DNA from: a virus
IMG/VR virus record: IMGVR_UViG_3300032085_000337
Span: 1-64,000 of that record
Strand: one strand, 5' to 3'
DNA length: 64,000 nt
In this document: piece after piece, positions 26,870-35,976 of the stretch
How the letters are laid out: every line of letters starts with the position of its first letter
Numbering within the stretch: position 1 is the first letter of the stretch
Made by a program: the position numbers and the translations under genes
The notes under the pieces: model-generated
What the model was told of the DNA's origin: nothing
The model's database searches: none
The model's input: the letters and a program-made list of their open reading frames with translations, nothing else

Positions 26870-28647
26870 TCAAGAGGCTCCTCAGGGGCAGGCTGAAGCT
26901 CTTGTGAGCCTTGGTCAACCATCTCCTCTTGTTCAGCCTCAAACTCAATCTGAGCCTCTGTAGCAACCTTCTGAGTCTCCATCTGTTCACTGACAGATAC
27001 GTTCTCTTTGAAGAGTGCTGGCTCACCAAGTTCGTCTGCAAGGAGACGGGCAAACTCTTTGCCTGAAAGGTGGGCTGCTACTGTAGGATCAGAAGCTTTG
27101 ATCTGATACATTGTTGTGAGGTTCTGGACACGTTGAGCACGTTCAGCAAAGTGACGAGCACCCATTGGAACGATCTTACCATTGGCTTTGATATCGTCCC
27201 GTGTGATCTGTGTGAAGAAGTAAAGACCTGTGTCTTCATTCAAGACCTTAGCTGTATCCTCATAGTCCATGTTACGACGAGCAGTCTCAAGCATGGCGTT
27301 CAGGATAGGCTCAAGAAACACACGTTCAAAGTGGGCAGTCTTGTGTTGGAAGATACGACCAGCAGCTGTCATAAGCTGACCTACTTCAAAGGCTGTCTTC
27401 TCACCTGCACTACGGATACCCATAGCCTCACGAGGAGCACCTGCCATCATCTCCATCTTAGCTTCGATGTTCTGAATCTGGAAGTCTGCATTAAGTGCTG
27501 TACTGTCAGGTGCAAGGTAACCTACATCACCCTCATCGCCCAAGTAGATACGAGCATTAGGCTCGAAGTCGAAGTCCTCTACGTCACCCCTGATCTTAAG
27601 GACAGGGTAGGCAATCTGATCAAACACATCAGCCTTAAGGTTCTCAAGGTGATCAATGCGATACTGCATACCTACGAGGTTATCAAGTGGCCCCATGCTG
27701 TAGAGGTTGTCAGGGCGGTCTCGCCAGCCAACGTGGAAGATAGGATCACGACCAAGCCAAGAAGGGTTCTCTTCGTTTGACAGGACGTATGCACGGTCTA
27801 CAATAGTGATGATACGGTTGTTAAGGAGCTTACCCTCAACCTTGTCGTAGATGTCACCGTAGAAAGTAAGAACCTCTACGTAGTCTGATTCGTAGTAGTC
27901 TGTGAGAGAGGCAAAGCCATCAGCTACAAAACCCTCAGACTTGTTGATGTCTACTTCGTTACCTCTGGCAGAACCACGGTTGCCAAGCATCTTGTTGAAG
28001 ATGTCAGCCATGTAACCCTTTGATGAGTCATTCTCTACCATGCGTTGAATTTCACCCAAGGTAAGAACAGACCTAACGATCTTAGGTGTGTCCGAGAAAT
28101 TCGCAGCAAGAGGATTGAAACAGATATCGAAGGGAGAGATACGAACTACTTTAGGACCAACGTAGTTTACGATACGGTCACCGTCTTCATACTCAGTTAC
28201 TTTACGTCCAAAGTCTACAGTCGCAAAGCAGTTACCATACTGGATGTAGTCGTTAACTAGTTTACTCGTAGTGTTTACAAAGTCAGACTGACGTAGCTTG
28301 TTTTGCATATACGCCTGAATGATAGACCGTTTGATCTTAGTATCGGAATCAGCATCAGTAGCTTCAAAACGGAACCAACGCTTCTGAGGGAACAAAGCAG
28401 CAAAGTAGTTTGCGTGAAGGTTGTCAGCAATCTGAGTCAGCTTGGGGGTGGTTGTAGAGTTAGACCAAGGCAACTTGTTGTTAGATGTGGTACGAGTGTC
28501 CGTAGCATAGATATAGTTACGAAGCTCTTTCCACTCTTTAACCTTTTCAGAACGTGCATTGTTCCAAGAAGTCCAACGGTTAGCAATCTCCACAGCTAGG
28601 CTGTGAGGATCAATCATGCTTTCAATGTCAATAGTAGTGCCAGCCAT
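26866..28647 (-). CDS. Portal protein
   Basis: 593 aa, YGNCFA, RISPFDI, EKTAFEV; directly after TerL. Confidence 0.88.
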   Translation of the reverse strand: MAGTTIDIESMIDPHSLAVEIANRWTSWNNARSEKVKEWKELRNYIYATDTRTTSNNKLPWSNSTTTPKLTQIADNLHANYFAALFPQKRWFRFEATDADSDTKIKRSIIQAYMQNKLRQSDFVNTTSKLVNDYIQYGNCFATVDFGRKVTEYEDGDRIVNYVGPKVVRISPFDICFNPLAANFSDTPKIVRSVLTLGEIQRMVENDSSKGYMADIFNKMLGNRGSARGNEVDINKSEGFVADGFASLTDYYESDYVEVLTFYGDIYDKVEGKLLNNRIITIVDRAYVLSNEENPSWLGRDPIFHVGWRDRPDNLYSMGPLDNLVGMQYRIDHLENLKADVFDQIAYPVLKIRGDVEDFDFEPNARIYLGDEGDVGYLAPDSTALNADFQIQNIEAKMEMMAGAPREAMGIRSAGEKTAFEVGQLMTAAGRIFQHKTAHFERVFLEPILNAMLETARRNMDYEDTAKVLNEDTGLYFFTQITRDDIKANGKIVPMGARHFAERAQRVQNLTTMYQIKASDPTVAAHLSGKEFARLLADELGEPALFKENVSVSEQMETQKVATEAQIEFEAEQEEMVDQGSQELQPAPEEPLE

Positions 28648-28674
28648 TGTGACTCCTAGTCTAGCTATGTGTTA

Positions 28675-28703
28675 ATAATAACACACTGTGATATTTATGT
28701 CAA
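28675..28703 (-). promoter_or_regulatory. Sigma70-type promoter upstream of the portal gene
   Basis: Minus strand TTGACA-17 bp-TATTAT. Confidence 0.7.
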
Positions 28704-28706
28704 CAC

Positions 28707-30251
28707 TTAAAATGCAACACCACCGAATTTAGGGTGAAATACTACATTATTATCTTGACTTCTTTTTCTTTTTACTGCTGAACTAGGCTTAACGGCAACC
28801 TCAACGGCTGCAGCAAGACAGTCTTTACAGTCATCATGCGCTGGGTTGTAAGAGACAAGCTCCTCTTCCAGCACCTGACAGTTACCACCACGGTAGTGAT
28901 ACATCTGCAAGTTGTCATACCGAGGCTCAAGGATAGCAGCGATACGTTCTTCTTTAGAACCCTGATGTCTGTTAGGTCTGTGCTCATCAATCTTCAAAGC
29001 AAGACCATTAGGTTTGATGTAGTTGTCCTTGAGTTCAGAAACGATAGCTGACTGAGCAGCTGTACATTCAGCCCGTAACTTCCTAAAGTCCCAACGGTTA
29101 AGAAGGTCTAGGATGTGACGGAAGTACTCAGAAATCTTATCTGTCTTAAAGCGATCAATGTCCAAGACGTAGACGTTGTTCTCTGAGTCAACACCAATAA
29201 CTACGATAGCCGTATAGTCTGCTCGTTTACTGACAGAGTAAGCAAAGTCAACAGCTGCACTTACATTAAGTTTCTGCCCCTTGTAGAACCACTGACCGCC
29301 ATCTCTGGTGAGGTGTTTCTTATCATAGTACTGGAACTTCTCATAGGCGATAGGTTGACTGTCAGGGTCGGTAGGGTCATTGTAGTACTGTGCTCTGAAC
29401 TGAACACGGTCCAAGTACTGACCACGCTTCTTGGCAAGGATTTGTACATCAAAGCCAAAGAACTTACCGTCCTTACGGAGTTGACGAGGCCAGAGGAACT
29501 CCCCTGTACCATCACCGTTATCTTCTACAGCCTTCTCCATTACCTCGTAGATATTCTCTTTACCTACAAGCTCTCCCTCTTTGGAGTAGATATCCTCTTC
29601 CATACCCATCAAGTCTGAGTACAAGTCTTTAGGATGGTAACGTGTACCTACTACCCACTCCTGTGCTTCACTACCTTCGATAGACGAAAGCAGGGAGTAC
29701 TGAGACTTAACCTTGTTACGGCCTTCGTTTGTGTAGGCGTTCTCAAAAACAACAACGTCATCTAGGACGGCAATATCGCAGTGCATACCTGTAAGAGAGG
29801 TAGTAAGGCCACCTGTAAAGATAGAAGGGTCACGGATAGCTTCCTTCTTACGGTCTGGGTGATCAAGTGCAATCTCTGATGTAGTCCACTTCTCACGTTT
29901 ACTTTCATCCTTGTTGAGGTGATCAGGCCAGTACTTCTGGTGAATGTCTGACTCGAATATGTTCTTGATAAAGGATAGCTGCTTCTGTGCTAGGTTAGAT
30001 GTAGCAGAGATATACAGAACACGTAGGGTTGGGTTCTTGGTAAGCTCCCATGCAACCCTGTAAGCTACAAGGGCAGACTTACCGTGGTCACGAGGAAACA
30101 ACAAAAGCTGGTGAGACTTAGCATCCTGCCGAGTCCACCACTTACATACGTCTTCGTGACAACTTCCGAGAACACGTTGAGGAGCAACAAGCCTGATGAA
30201 TGTCACCAAGCTTGCCTCCGCAGCTTCTCTGATTTCGTGTATACTTGCCAT
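28707..30251 (-). CDS. terL: Terminase large subunit
   Basis: Walker A PRDHGKS, TGMHCD..VLDD, VGTRYH, nuclease VDFA..DYTA, HDDCKD. Confidence 0.93.
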   Translation of the reverse strand: MASIHEIREAAEASLVTFIRLVAPQRVLGSCHEDVCKWWTRQDAKSHQLLLFPRDHGKSALVAYRVAWELTKNPTLRVLYISATSNLAQKQLSFIKNIFESDIHQKYWPDHLNKDESKREKWTTSEIALDHPDRKKEAIRDPSIFTGGLTTSLTGMHCDIAVLDDVVVFENAYTNEGRNKVKSQYSLLSSIEGSEAQEWVVGTRYHPKDLYSDLMGMEEDIYSKEGELVGKENIYEVMEKAVEDNGDGTGEFLWPRQLRKDGKFFGFDVQILAKKRGQYLDRVQFRAQYYNDPTDPDSQPIAYEKFQYYDKKHLTRDGGQWFYKGQKLNVSAAVDFAYSVSKRADYTAIVVIGVDSENNVYVLDIDRFKTDKISEYFRHILDLLNRWDFRKLRAECTAAQSAIVSELKDNYIKPNGLALKIDEHRPNRHQGSKEERIAAILEPRYDNLQMYHYRGGNCQVLEEELVSYNPAHDDCKDCLAAAVEVAVKPSSAVKRKRSQDNNVVFHPKFGGVAF

Positions 30252-30252
30252 T

Positions 30253-30660
30253 CTACGTAGGGTTTCCAGCTGACCAAGAGGTTACAACAGATGTATTAAA
30301 GTAAGTAAGGTATTCATAAACACCAGTTGTACGAGATGTTGCTCTAGACGTTGATCTCCTTGTTGTTTGGTTCATCTCGTACGAGGGATTGTAGGTACTC
30401 CAGTATGTTGTCCAGTAAGTCAGATAGGATGTGCTCCAAGAAGTATTCCACCCAGAAGAAGTTTCTACAAAGGTTTGAAGGCTTGTCGTAGAAACTGTAG
30501 AATACAGATCACTCTTGTTATAAAAGTCTGAAAAAGATATAGGCCCAGAAGAAGGCAGGGACGGTGCTCCGTAGTACTCAGCCAAGGAGTGAGGAGGTGT
30601 ACCACTATACTCCGATGAAATCTCGTTTAGAGATAAAGTTCCAGATGTTTTAATAGTCAT
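30253..30660 (-). CDS. Small Thr/Ser-repeat protein, putative tail-fibre tip adhesin
   Basis: N-terminal SG.LSLNEI..EY.G..PHSL.EYYG..P.SG.ISFSDFY domain typical of proteins following S74 fibres; C-terminal xTS(W/Y/R) tetrapeptide repeats. Confidence 0.65.
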   Translation of the reverse strand: MTIKTSGTLSLNEISSEYSGTPPHSLAEYYGAPSLPSSGPISFSDFYNKSDLYSTVSTTSLQTFVETSSGWNTSWSTSYLTYWTTYWSTYNPSYEMNQTTRRSTSRATSRTTGVYEYLTYFNTSVVTSWSAGNPT

Positions 30661-30669
30661 GATTTCGTC

Positions 30670-31569
30670 CTACTTGTATGCGTCTTTCATAAGAGACCTG
30701 ACTTCGTGGATGTAGGCTATGTACTGCACAACTCTGTCTTGCCAATCTTGGTGTATCTCTGGGTGTACAAGACCTGATTGATAATTGGAGAGGAGTTTGT
30801 TGACAAGCTTCTTAGGTTCTAGTGAATTTATAAGTGGTTCGTTTATGTGTGAAAACCCGCAGAGGTTTCTCTCTTTGAAGTTAGTTAAAGGAGAAACACG
30901 TTTGCCTAAAGAAACAGCATTAATAATTGACTCACTATTATGCGATGCGTATACCACATCAACGTAAGGCATGATTGAGTAGATGTCGTCTTCTGGGGAA
31001 AGGATACTTGCACAGGGCAGTAACATTTCTTTCAGTTCCTGTAAGTTCTCTTTGTGGGTAAGAGGGTGAGGCTTAATAGCAGCAAGCTTCCCGTGCTCCT
31101 CAACAACCCACCGTAACTTTGGCACACTGGTAATCTTTGGAAAAATGTTTGATCCCGCAAGAACGGCTATAGCCTCATACCTACTAGTAGGTTTTGAGCC
31201 GCCTATGTGTGAGTACTTGTTTGCGGAACCTCCCATAACTCTATCTGACAGAAAACCTGTGTAATCAAATTTGTCTATCTTACTACTACACAAAGCATCC
31301 TGTACTTGTATTTGTTTTATCTCTTGTTGCAAAGGGTTTAACATAAAGAACCCAGCAAAGGATGTATAGTTTACTGTCCAAAACTGCAGAGGTTGAAAAG
31401 CGGTACAGTCGTAAGAACCTACACATGGGTAGTCTTTCAGTACTTCCAGCGTAAAAGCTTCTACAGGTTTTAAGATGTCAAGATCAGAAGTAAAGGAAAA
31501 AGTATTCCCTAAACGTAGCTCCATCTCTTTTTCATCAAACATTTTTCCTTCTGTTTCTAAATCAAGCAA
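30670..31569 (-). CDS. KpsC/KpsS-like (capsule biosynthesis) glycosyltransferase-fold protein
   Basis: IKPHP motif and VYASHNSESIINAVSLGKRV resemble the KxHP and T.NS..G.EA...GK.V motifs of CMP-sugar transferases. Confidence 0.55.
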   Translation of the reverse strand: MLDLETEGKMFDEKEMELRLGNTFSFTSDLDILKPVEAFTLEVLKDYPCVGSYDCTAFQPLQFWTVNYTSFAGFFMLNPLQQEIKQIQVQDALCSSKIDKFDYTGFLSDRVMGGSANKYSHIGGSKPTSRYEAIAVLAGSNIFPKITSVPKLRWVVEEHGKLAAIKPHPLTHKENLQELKEMLLPCASILSPEDDIYSIMPYVDVVYASHNSESIINAVSLGKRVSPLTNFKERNLCGFSHINEPLINSLEPKKLVNKLLSNYQSGLVHPEIHQDWQDRVVQYIAYIHEVRSLMKDAYK

Positions 31570-32089
31570 AAGGCATTACCCGCATTTCGTAACCCATGAA
31601 GTCGGTGTAACCTAGTAACTTTGTAGCAAGATTCTTTTCCCCTTGACCAGTAAGGAAAGAAACGGCGAGCTTGCTATAGCTGGGAACAACGGGCATCATA
31701 GCTTTGAAACCCTTAGAGGCTGCGGATTGTGTGACAAGGTCGTACATTTCTGTACCAATACCCTTTCCTCTGTGGGACTCCTTCACGGCAGTCATAAGCG
31801 TAACTACAAGCTCTGACTGTAGGTAACCTGCGTTGACAATAGCCTTTTGAAGTTCAGGATGAGTGTTCACGTAACCAGAACCAGAAGCGGTACGCCACAT
31901 ATGAGCACCTACAAGATTACCGTCCTCGTAAGCAAAGATAACCTCTGCTCCTAAATGTTTTGTACACTCATGTTCAAACATTACATCAAGGGGAACTGTA
32001 GCATCTGCATCCCCTTTAATAAAAGAAATAAGGTTTTCTTTTTCCGAACTAGACAAGGAATCGAGAAGTTGTTTTTTGTATTCAATCAT
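31562..32089 (-). CDS. GNAT acetyltransferase
   Basis: AYEDGNLVG; acetyl-CoA motif A AVKESHRGKGIGTEM. Confidence 0.8.
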   Translation of the reverse strand: MIEYKKQLLDSLSSSEKENLISFIKGDADATVPLDVMFEHECTKHLGAEVIFAYEDGNLVGAHMWRTASGSGYVNTHPELQKAIVNAGYLQSELVVTLMTAVKESHRGKGIGTEMYDLVTQSAASKGFKAMMPVVPSYSKLAVSFLTGQGEKNLATKLLGYTDFMGYEMRVMPFA

Positions 32090-32807
32090 TATTAGACCAC
32101 TCCAATCTTTTACAGATTAAGTCTTTTATTTCAAGAAGAGTATTTCTGTTACAGGAAAGACAGTCTCCACAGGCCTCTACGTGAGTACCTGTAAATATAG
32201 GAGTCCTACAACTGAAACACAAACGCATGTACTCTTTAGGTAAAGAAAGGTAGCTTTTAAAGAAGTCTCTATTCTCTGTATGCCAACTGAGTTTCACTTT
32301 CCCAAACGAGAGTGTGCGAACCATTTCCGAAAGAGCTTCTACTTGTTCTTCCTCGAAGTACTCTGACCTTTTAACAATCCCAGTATTTCTTAGAAAAGCT
32401 ACCATCAAATCTTCACCGATAACAATATACTTAAGATTATACTTCACGGCCATTTGAACGGATAGTAAAACAGGCATAAAGAAATCACGCATTACTCCTG
32501 AGTTAAAACGAGGGTCTATGTCTACACTAGATACAAAAAGCTCGACATCTCTTTGGATATGTTCTACTTGTTTTTTTACAAGGTGTTCTTCTACTTTGTG
32601 TCTTTCCCTAAGACTGGGTAAAAGTTTGACATGGTGTGCGTAGATAGTTCTATCGGTGACTACTCTACTATACTGCCATAAAACATATGCACTGTCTAAA
32701 CCCCCTGACAAAAGTAGAAGAGAGTCTACACCATTCTTAGCTTCTGAAAAAACTTCCTCGAAAGGTACAAAACCCGTAGGTACAAAACCATTCTTTTTAG
32801 GAATCAT
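32082..32807 (-). CDS. Divergent QueC-like PP-loop ATPase
   Basis: LLLSGGLDS PP-loop and C-terminal SC...CGDCLSC zinc cluster; lacks canonical QueC YGQ and VPxRN motifs. Confidence 0.7.
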   Translation of the reverse strand: MIPKKNGFVPTGFVPFEEVFSEAKNGVDSLLLLSGGLDSAYVLWQYSRVVTDRTIYAHHVKLLPSLRERHKVEEHLVKKQVEHIQRDVELFVSSVDIDPRFNSGVMRDFFMPVLLSVQMAVKYNLKYIVIGEDLMVAFLRNTGIVKRSEYFEEEQVEALSEMVRTLSFGKVKLSWHTENRDFFKSYLSLPKEYMRLCFSCRTPIFTGTHVEACGDCLSCNRNTLLEIKDLICKRLEWSNND

Positions 32808-32830
32808 AAAACAGACCTGACGCTTTTTGT

Positions 32831-34693
32831 TTACTCACTGGCTAGTACAGCTTTTAGTTCATCAATCTGCTCTTGCTGTTCTTTAACAGCTTCGATAAGC
32901 AAACCGACTATGTTGCCATAAGCTACTGACAGGTAATCACCACTCTCGTGTACTACCTCTGGGAGAACTTTTTGAACTTCTTGAGCAATAACACCGAGGC
33001 TATCCCTGCCATCTTTTTGGAAGGTAACACCACGGAGTTGCTTAACCTTGTCAACAGCTTCAGAAATAGTCTCAATTTCAGTCTTCAAGCGTTCATCTGA
33101 GAAGGCTGTTACATCACCTGTGGCCAGAATATTACCAGAGACATGTAGCTTTTCAGTGGGGCTTGATGTCCCAATCCCGACATTACCGCTGCTGTTGATG
33201 CGCATACGTTCTGTGGGACGAACATCAGAATTTTCTCTAGTGGAAAAAGTGAGTGCTTGCCTATATCCAGAGACGCTTTCTTGGTCCCAGCCAATCTCTG
33301 CCCCGTGAAAGTTCCAGCCTTCAGAAATACCAAAGCCAATATAGCCTTTACCCTGAACAGAGCCAGACCCGCCCTCTGTGTTGTAAAACAGTGCGGATGC
33401 AGTGTCGTTCACGCCTTCTGACACCATAAGCTTTGCGTCAGGCGAACTCGTACCAATCCCGACATTACCGCTGCTGTCGATGCGCATGCGTTCTGAGCCG
33501 TTGGTGCGGATTTTAACATTGTCTTGACCTACAACCTCAAGGCCGTCATCACCTCTGTTTAGCTGCAAGTAGTTACCATCGTCTGTAGCACTGTCGTGGT
33601 CTAGGTAAATACGGGGGTTGCCACCTGCCGAACCGAGGTCAACTTTAATGCTCCCTTTAACGTGTAGGCTTTCTTCAGGCAAATTCGTGCCAATCCCAAC
33701 CTTATTTCCTGTCGCATCCACATACAGCGTGTTTGTGTCCACAGTCAGCCCAGCAAACGTAGGGCTGTCATTGGGCTGCACGGCACTGTCAGCCAGTGTA
33801 CCTTGTGCTGCTGTAGCATAGTCAGTAGAAGCTGTAGTAGCAGCTGTACCAAGACCAAGGTTAGTACGAGCAGTAGCTGGGCTTGTTAGGTCTGAAAGGT
33901 TGTTAGTTGAAACAAGATCACCAGATGCTGCATTAGCTGTAACCTGCCAAGTTGTGCCGTTATAAACGTAGAGCAATTCGGTGCTTGAGTTAAAGTAGAT
34001 AGCACCTACAACAAGGGCATCACCGTCATCGTCTACAGTTGGGTCAGAAGCCTTAACACCTAGGTAACGATCATCAAACGAGTCCAAGGCTGCAAGGGCT
34101 GCGTCTCGTGCTGTCTCTGCCCCAGTCTTAGCTGTTTCAGCTTCCGTGGCTGACGTAGCTGCATTGGTTGCGGAGGTAGCAGCTTCAGATGCCTTCGTAG
34201 AGGCCGTAGAAGCACTAGTAGAGGCGTTAGTCTCAGAAGTGGCTGCGTTGATAGCCGAAGTAACAGCATTGCTCTCAGATGTACCTGCGTTAGTCTCTGC
34301 TAGTTCGGCAGCAGTCCGTGCAGTCTGGGCAGCTGTAGCACTTGTAGCAGCAGCCGTAGCTGACAAACCAGCAGCAGTCTCAGAAACTTCAGCATTAGTT
34401 TCAGCTGTCTCAGCATTGTTCTCAGCCAACTCAGCCGCAGCCTGTGCAACCAAAGCAGCAGCCTTAGCAGCCTCTACATCGGCAAGGTAGTCAGTCCCGT
34501 TGATAAGTAAACCAGTAGCACCAATAATGTTATTACCATTAAGGTCTAGGTCTGCCTCCATAGCATTAGGAGTACTGCCATCCAAAGACAGAGTGTTATC
34601 GAAAGCATCTCGTAGAGCTTCGAAGTTTTCATTCAACACCTCAGTGGAGTTAAACCCTGACTGTAGTGTAGTTACTGTTGGTTTCTTAGCCAT
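32831..34693 (-). CDS. Tail fibre with C-terminal peptidase S74 intramolecular chaperone
   Basis: Ala/Thr/Glu-rich coiled shaft, GNVGIGT repeats, SDERLKTEI...GVIAQEV...LLIEAVKE. Confidence 0.9.
   Translation of the reverse strand: MAKKPTVTTLQSGFNSTEVLNENFEALRDAFDNTLSLDGSTPNAMEADLDLNGNNIIGATGLLINGTDYLADVEAAKAAALVAQAAAELAENNAETAETNAEVSETAAGLSATAAATSATAAQTARTAAELAETNAGTSESNAVTSAINAATSETNASTSASTASTKASEAATSATNAATSATEAETAKTGAETARDAALAALDSFDDRYLGVKASDPTVDDDGDALVVGAIYFNSSTELLYVYNGTTWQVTANAASGDLVSTNNLSDLTSPATARTNLGLGTAATTASTDYATAAQGTLADSAVQPNDSPTFAGLTVDTNTLYVDATGNKVGIGTNLPEESLHVKGSIKVDLGSAGGNPRIYLDHDSATDDGNYLQLNRGDDGLEVVGQDNVKIRTNGSERMRIDSSGNVGIGTSSPDAKLMVSEGVNDTASALFYNTEGGSGSVQGKGYIGFGISEGWNFHGAEIGWDQESVSGYRQALTFSTRENSDVRPTERMRINSSGNVGIGTSSPTEKLHVSGNILATGDVTAFSDERLKTEIETISEAVDKVKQLRGVTFQKDGRDSLGVIAQEVQKVLPEVVHESGDYLSVAYGNIVGLLIEAVKEQQEQIDELKAVLASE
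33171..33495. repeat. 43-bp in-frame direct repeat inside the tail fibre gene
   Basis: 33171-33213 vs 33453-33495, two mismatches, 282 bp apart; encodes ERMRI(D/N)SSGNVGIG. Confidence 0.85.
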
Positions 34694-34694
34694 G

Positions 34695-35186
34695 TTAGTT
34701 CATCAACCCAATTCGTGTTGCATCATCTTCTGTTTCGGCTTTTTCAAGAGCAGCCTGTTTCAGAGCACCATCAAGTTCATCCTTAGATGGTCTACCCCGT
34801 TTCTTACTTCCATTATCCAAGTAACCAGCATCAGCCAAGTACTTCTGAGCATTGTAACTTGCCTTACCTTCTTCAAGATCATTGATCATGTTTCTGATGG
34901 TACGAGCCTTCAACTTCAACATTAACTCTTTCTGCATCTGTACATGGTGTGTCTTAAACCATGAAAGGTTACACAAGTTCTCCCAAACAGAGTAATCACC
35001 AAACACAGATAGAGCAAACTCATACTCTGTAGGGTCTTCCATTTCAATGTAAATCTTATGCAGTGACAGGTAAGTCTTATCACCTACCTTATGGTCTTTC
35101 TTCTTTAAAGAGTAGTTTGTAAACTCATTACGAGTGTCTGGAAGTGTAGTCTCGTAGAACCACATCTTACTAGGTTTCTTAGCCAT
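34695..35186 (-). CDS. First late gene, possible terminase small subunit
   Basis: 163 aa, KRGRPSK motif, first gene of the late arm; assignment is positional. Confidence 0.5.
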   Translation of the reverse strand: MAKKPSKMWFYETTLPDTRNEFTNYSLKKKDHKVGDKTYLSLHKIYIEMEDPTEYEFALSVFGDYSVWENLCNLSWFKTHHVQMQKELMLKLKARTIRNMINDLEEGKASYNAQKYLADAGYLDNGSKKRGRPSKDELDGALKQAALEKAETEDDATRIGLMN

Positions 35187-35306
35187 GTCTCTGTTTGTTC
35201 CTTTACTATAAGAAAGGGGATAAAGGAGTTACCTGTCAATGTAACAGGTCATCCTTTCACTCTCCCTCTTACAAGTGTATATAGGCAGGGGAGACTTGTT
35301 AAGACT

Positions 35307-35335
35307 ATTATACACATACGTATTTGGGATGTCAA
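35307..35335 (-). promoter_or_regulatory. Sigma70 consensus late promoter sharing a 32-bp block with the 24802-24833 promoter
   Basis: Minus strand TTGACA-17 bp-TATAAT; 35285-35316 identical to 24802-24833. Confidence 0.85.
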
Positions 35336-35919
35336 GTATTAATTTACCTAACTATGAAATTAACTGGATTATGTGACTATGTTACCTACTCTTGTTACCT
35401 AAGGTGTCTAGAATTTCTGCTAGTAAATATTTTTGTGTGTTGTACATACAGTAGGCCACCCCCTATCCCCCCTTCCTCCCCCTAAGACTGTTGCATAATT
35501 ATCACATGGGGGTGTCATTCCTGCCACGGTGTTGCCTGATTGTGACACCTGTTGTCTCTAGGTTACATGTTCATTGATGTGTTACAGGTTATCTTGGTGG
35601 ATATGTTATAATGTAACACTATTGTTGGGGTGTTATAACTAGACTAACCCCCACACCTTCTAACACATTGGAAAGATTACATAACTAGGTTACCTAACTA
35701 CATAACTTTTTCTTCCCATTATAAGGAGTATGCATAGGGCTATAAATTAATTTCTAATCAGGTGCATTTTCTTGTTGCTTTCTGTTTTTGTATCGGTCTA
35801 TAAATATTCATCGGCAAGCAAACACCGACACAAACGAGATACCAACGTCACTGAGTCAACCTGAGCTACTGAGCAAGCCCTAGCAAGCAAGAGGGGCAAG
35901 AGACTAAAACAAAAGACTG

Positions 35920-35976
35920 TTGACTAGCTTACGATTACCTGTCTACCGTTTAGGCAACCACGCTGTTTGACATTGT
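35920..35976 (+). promoter_or_regulatory. Candidate early promoter followed by a boxA-like element
   Basis: TTGACT(35920)-18 bp-TACCGT(35944), then CGCTGTTTGACATTGT (35961-35976). Confidence 0.45.

Noticed and set aside
32082-32807. 7-deazaguanine DNA modification pathway
   Set aside because: Only a divergent QueC-like gene is present; no folE, queD, queE or dpdA in an apparently complete genome, and it lies in the structural arm
33171-33495. Diversity-generating retroelement or invertible fibre cassette
   Set aside because: No reverse transcriptase or invertase; the repeats are short, direct and in frame
34100-34480. Low-complexity GCT/GCA-rich tract as a repeat element
   Set aside because: Explained by the Ala/Thr/Ser/Glu-rich coiled-coil shaft of the tail fibre
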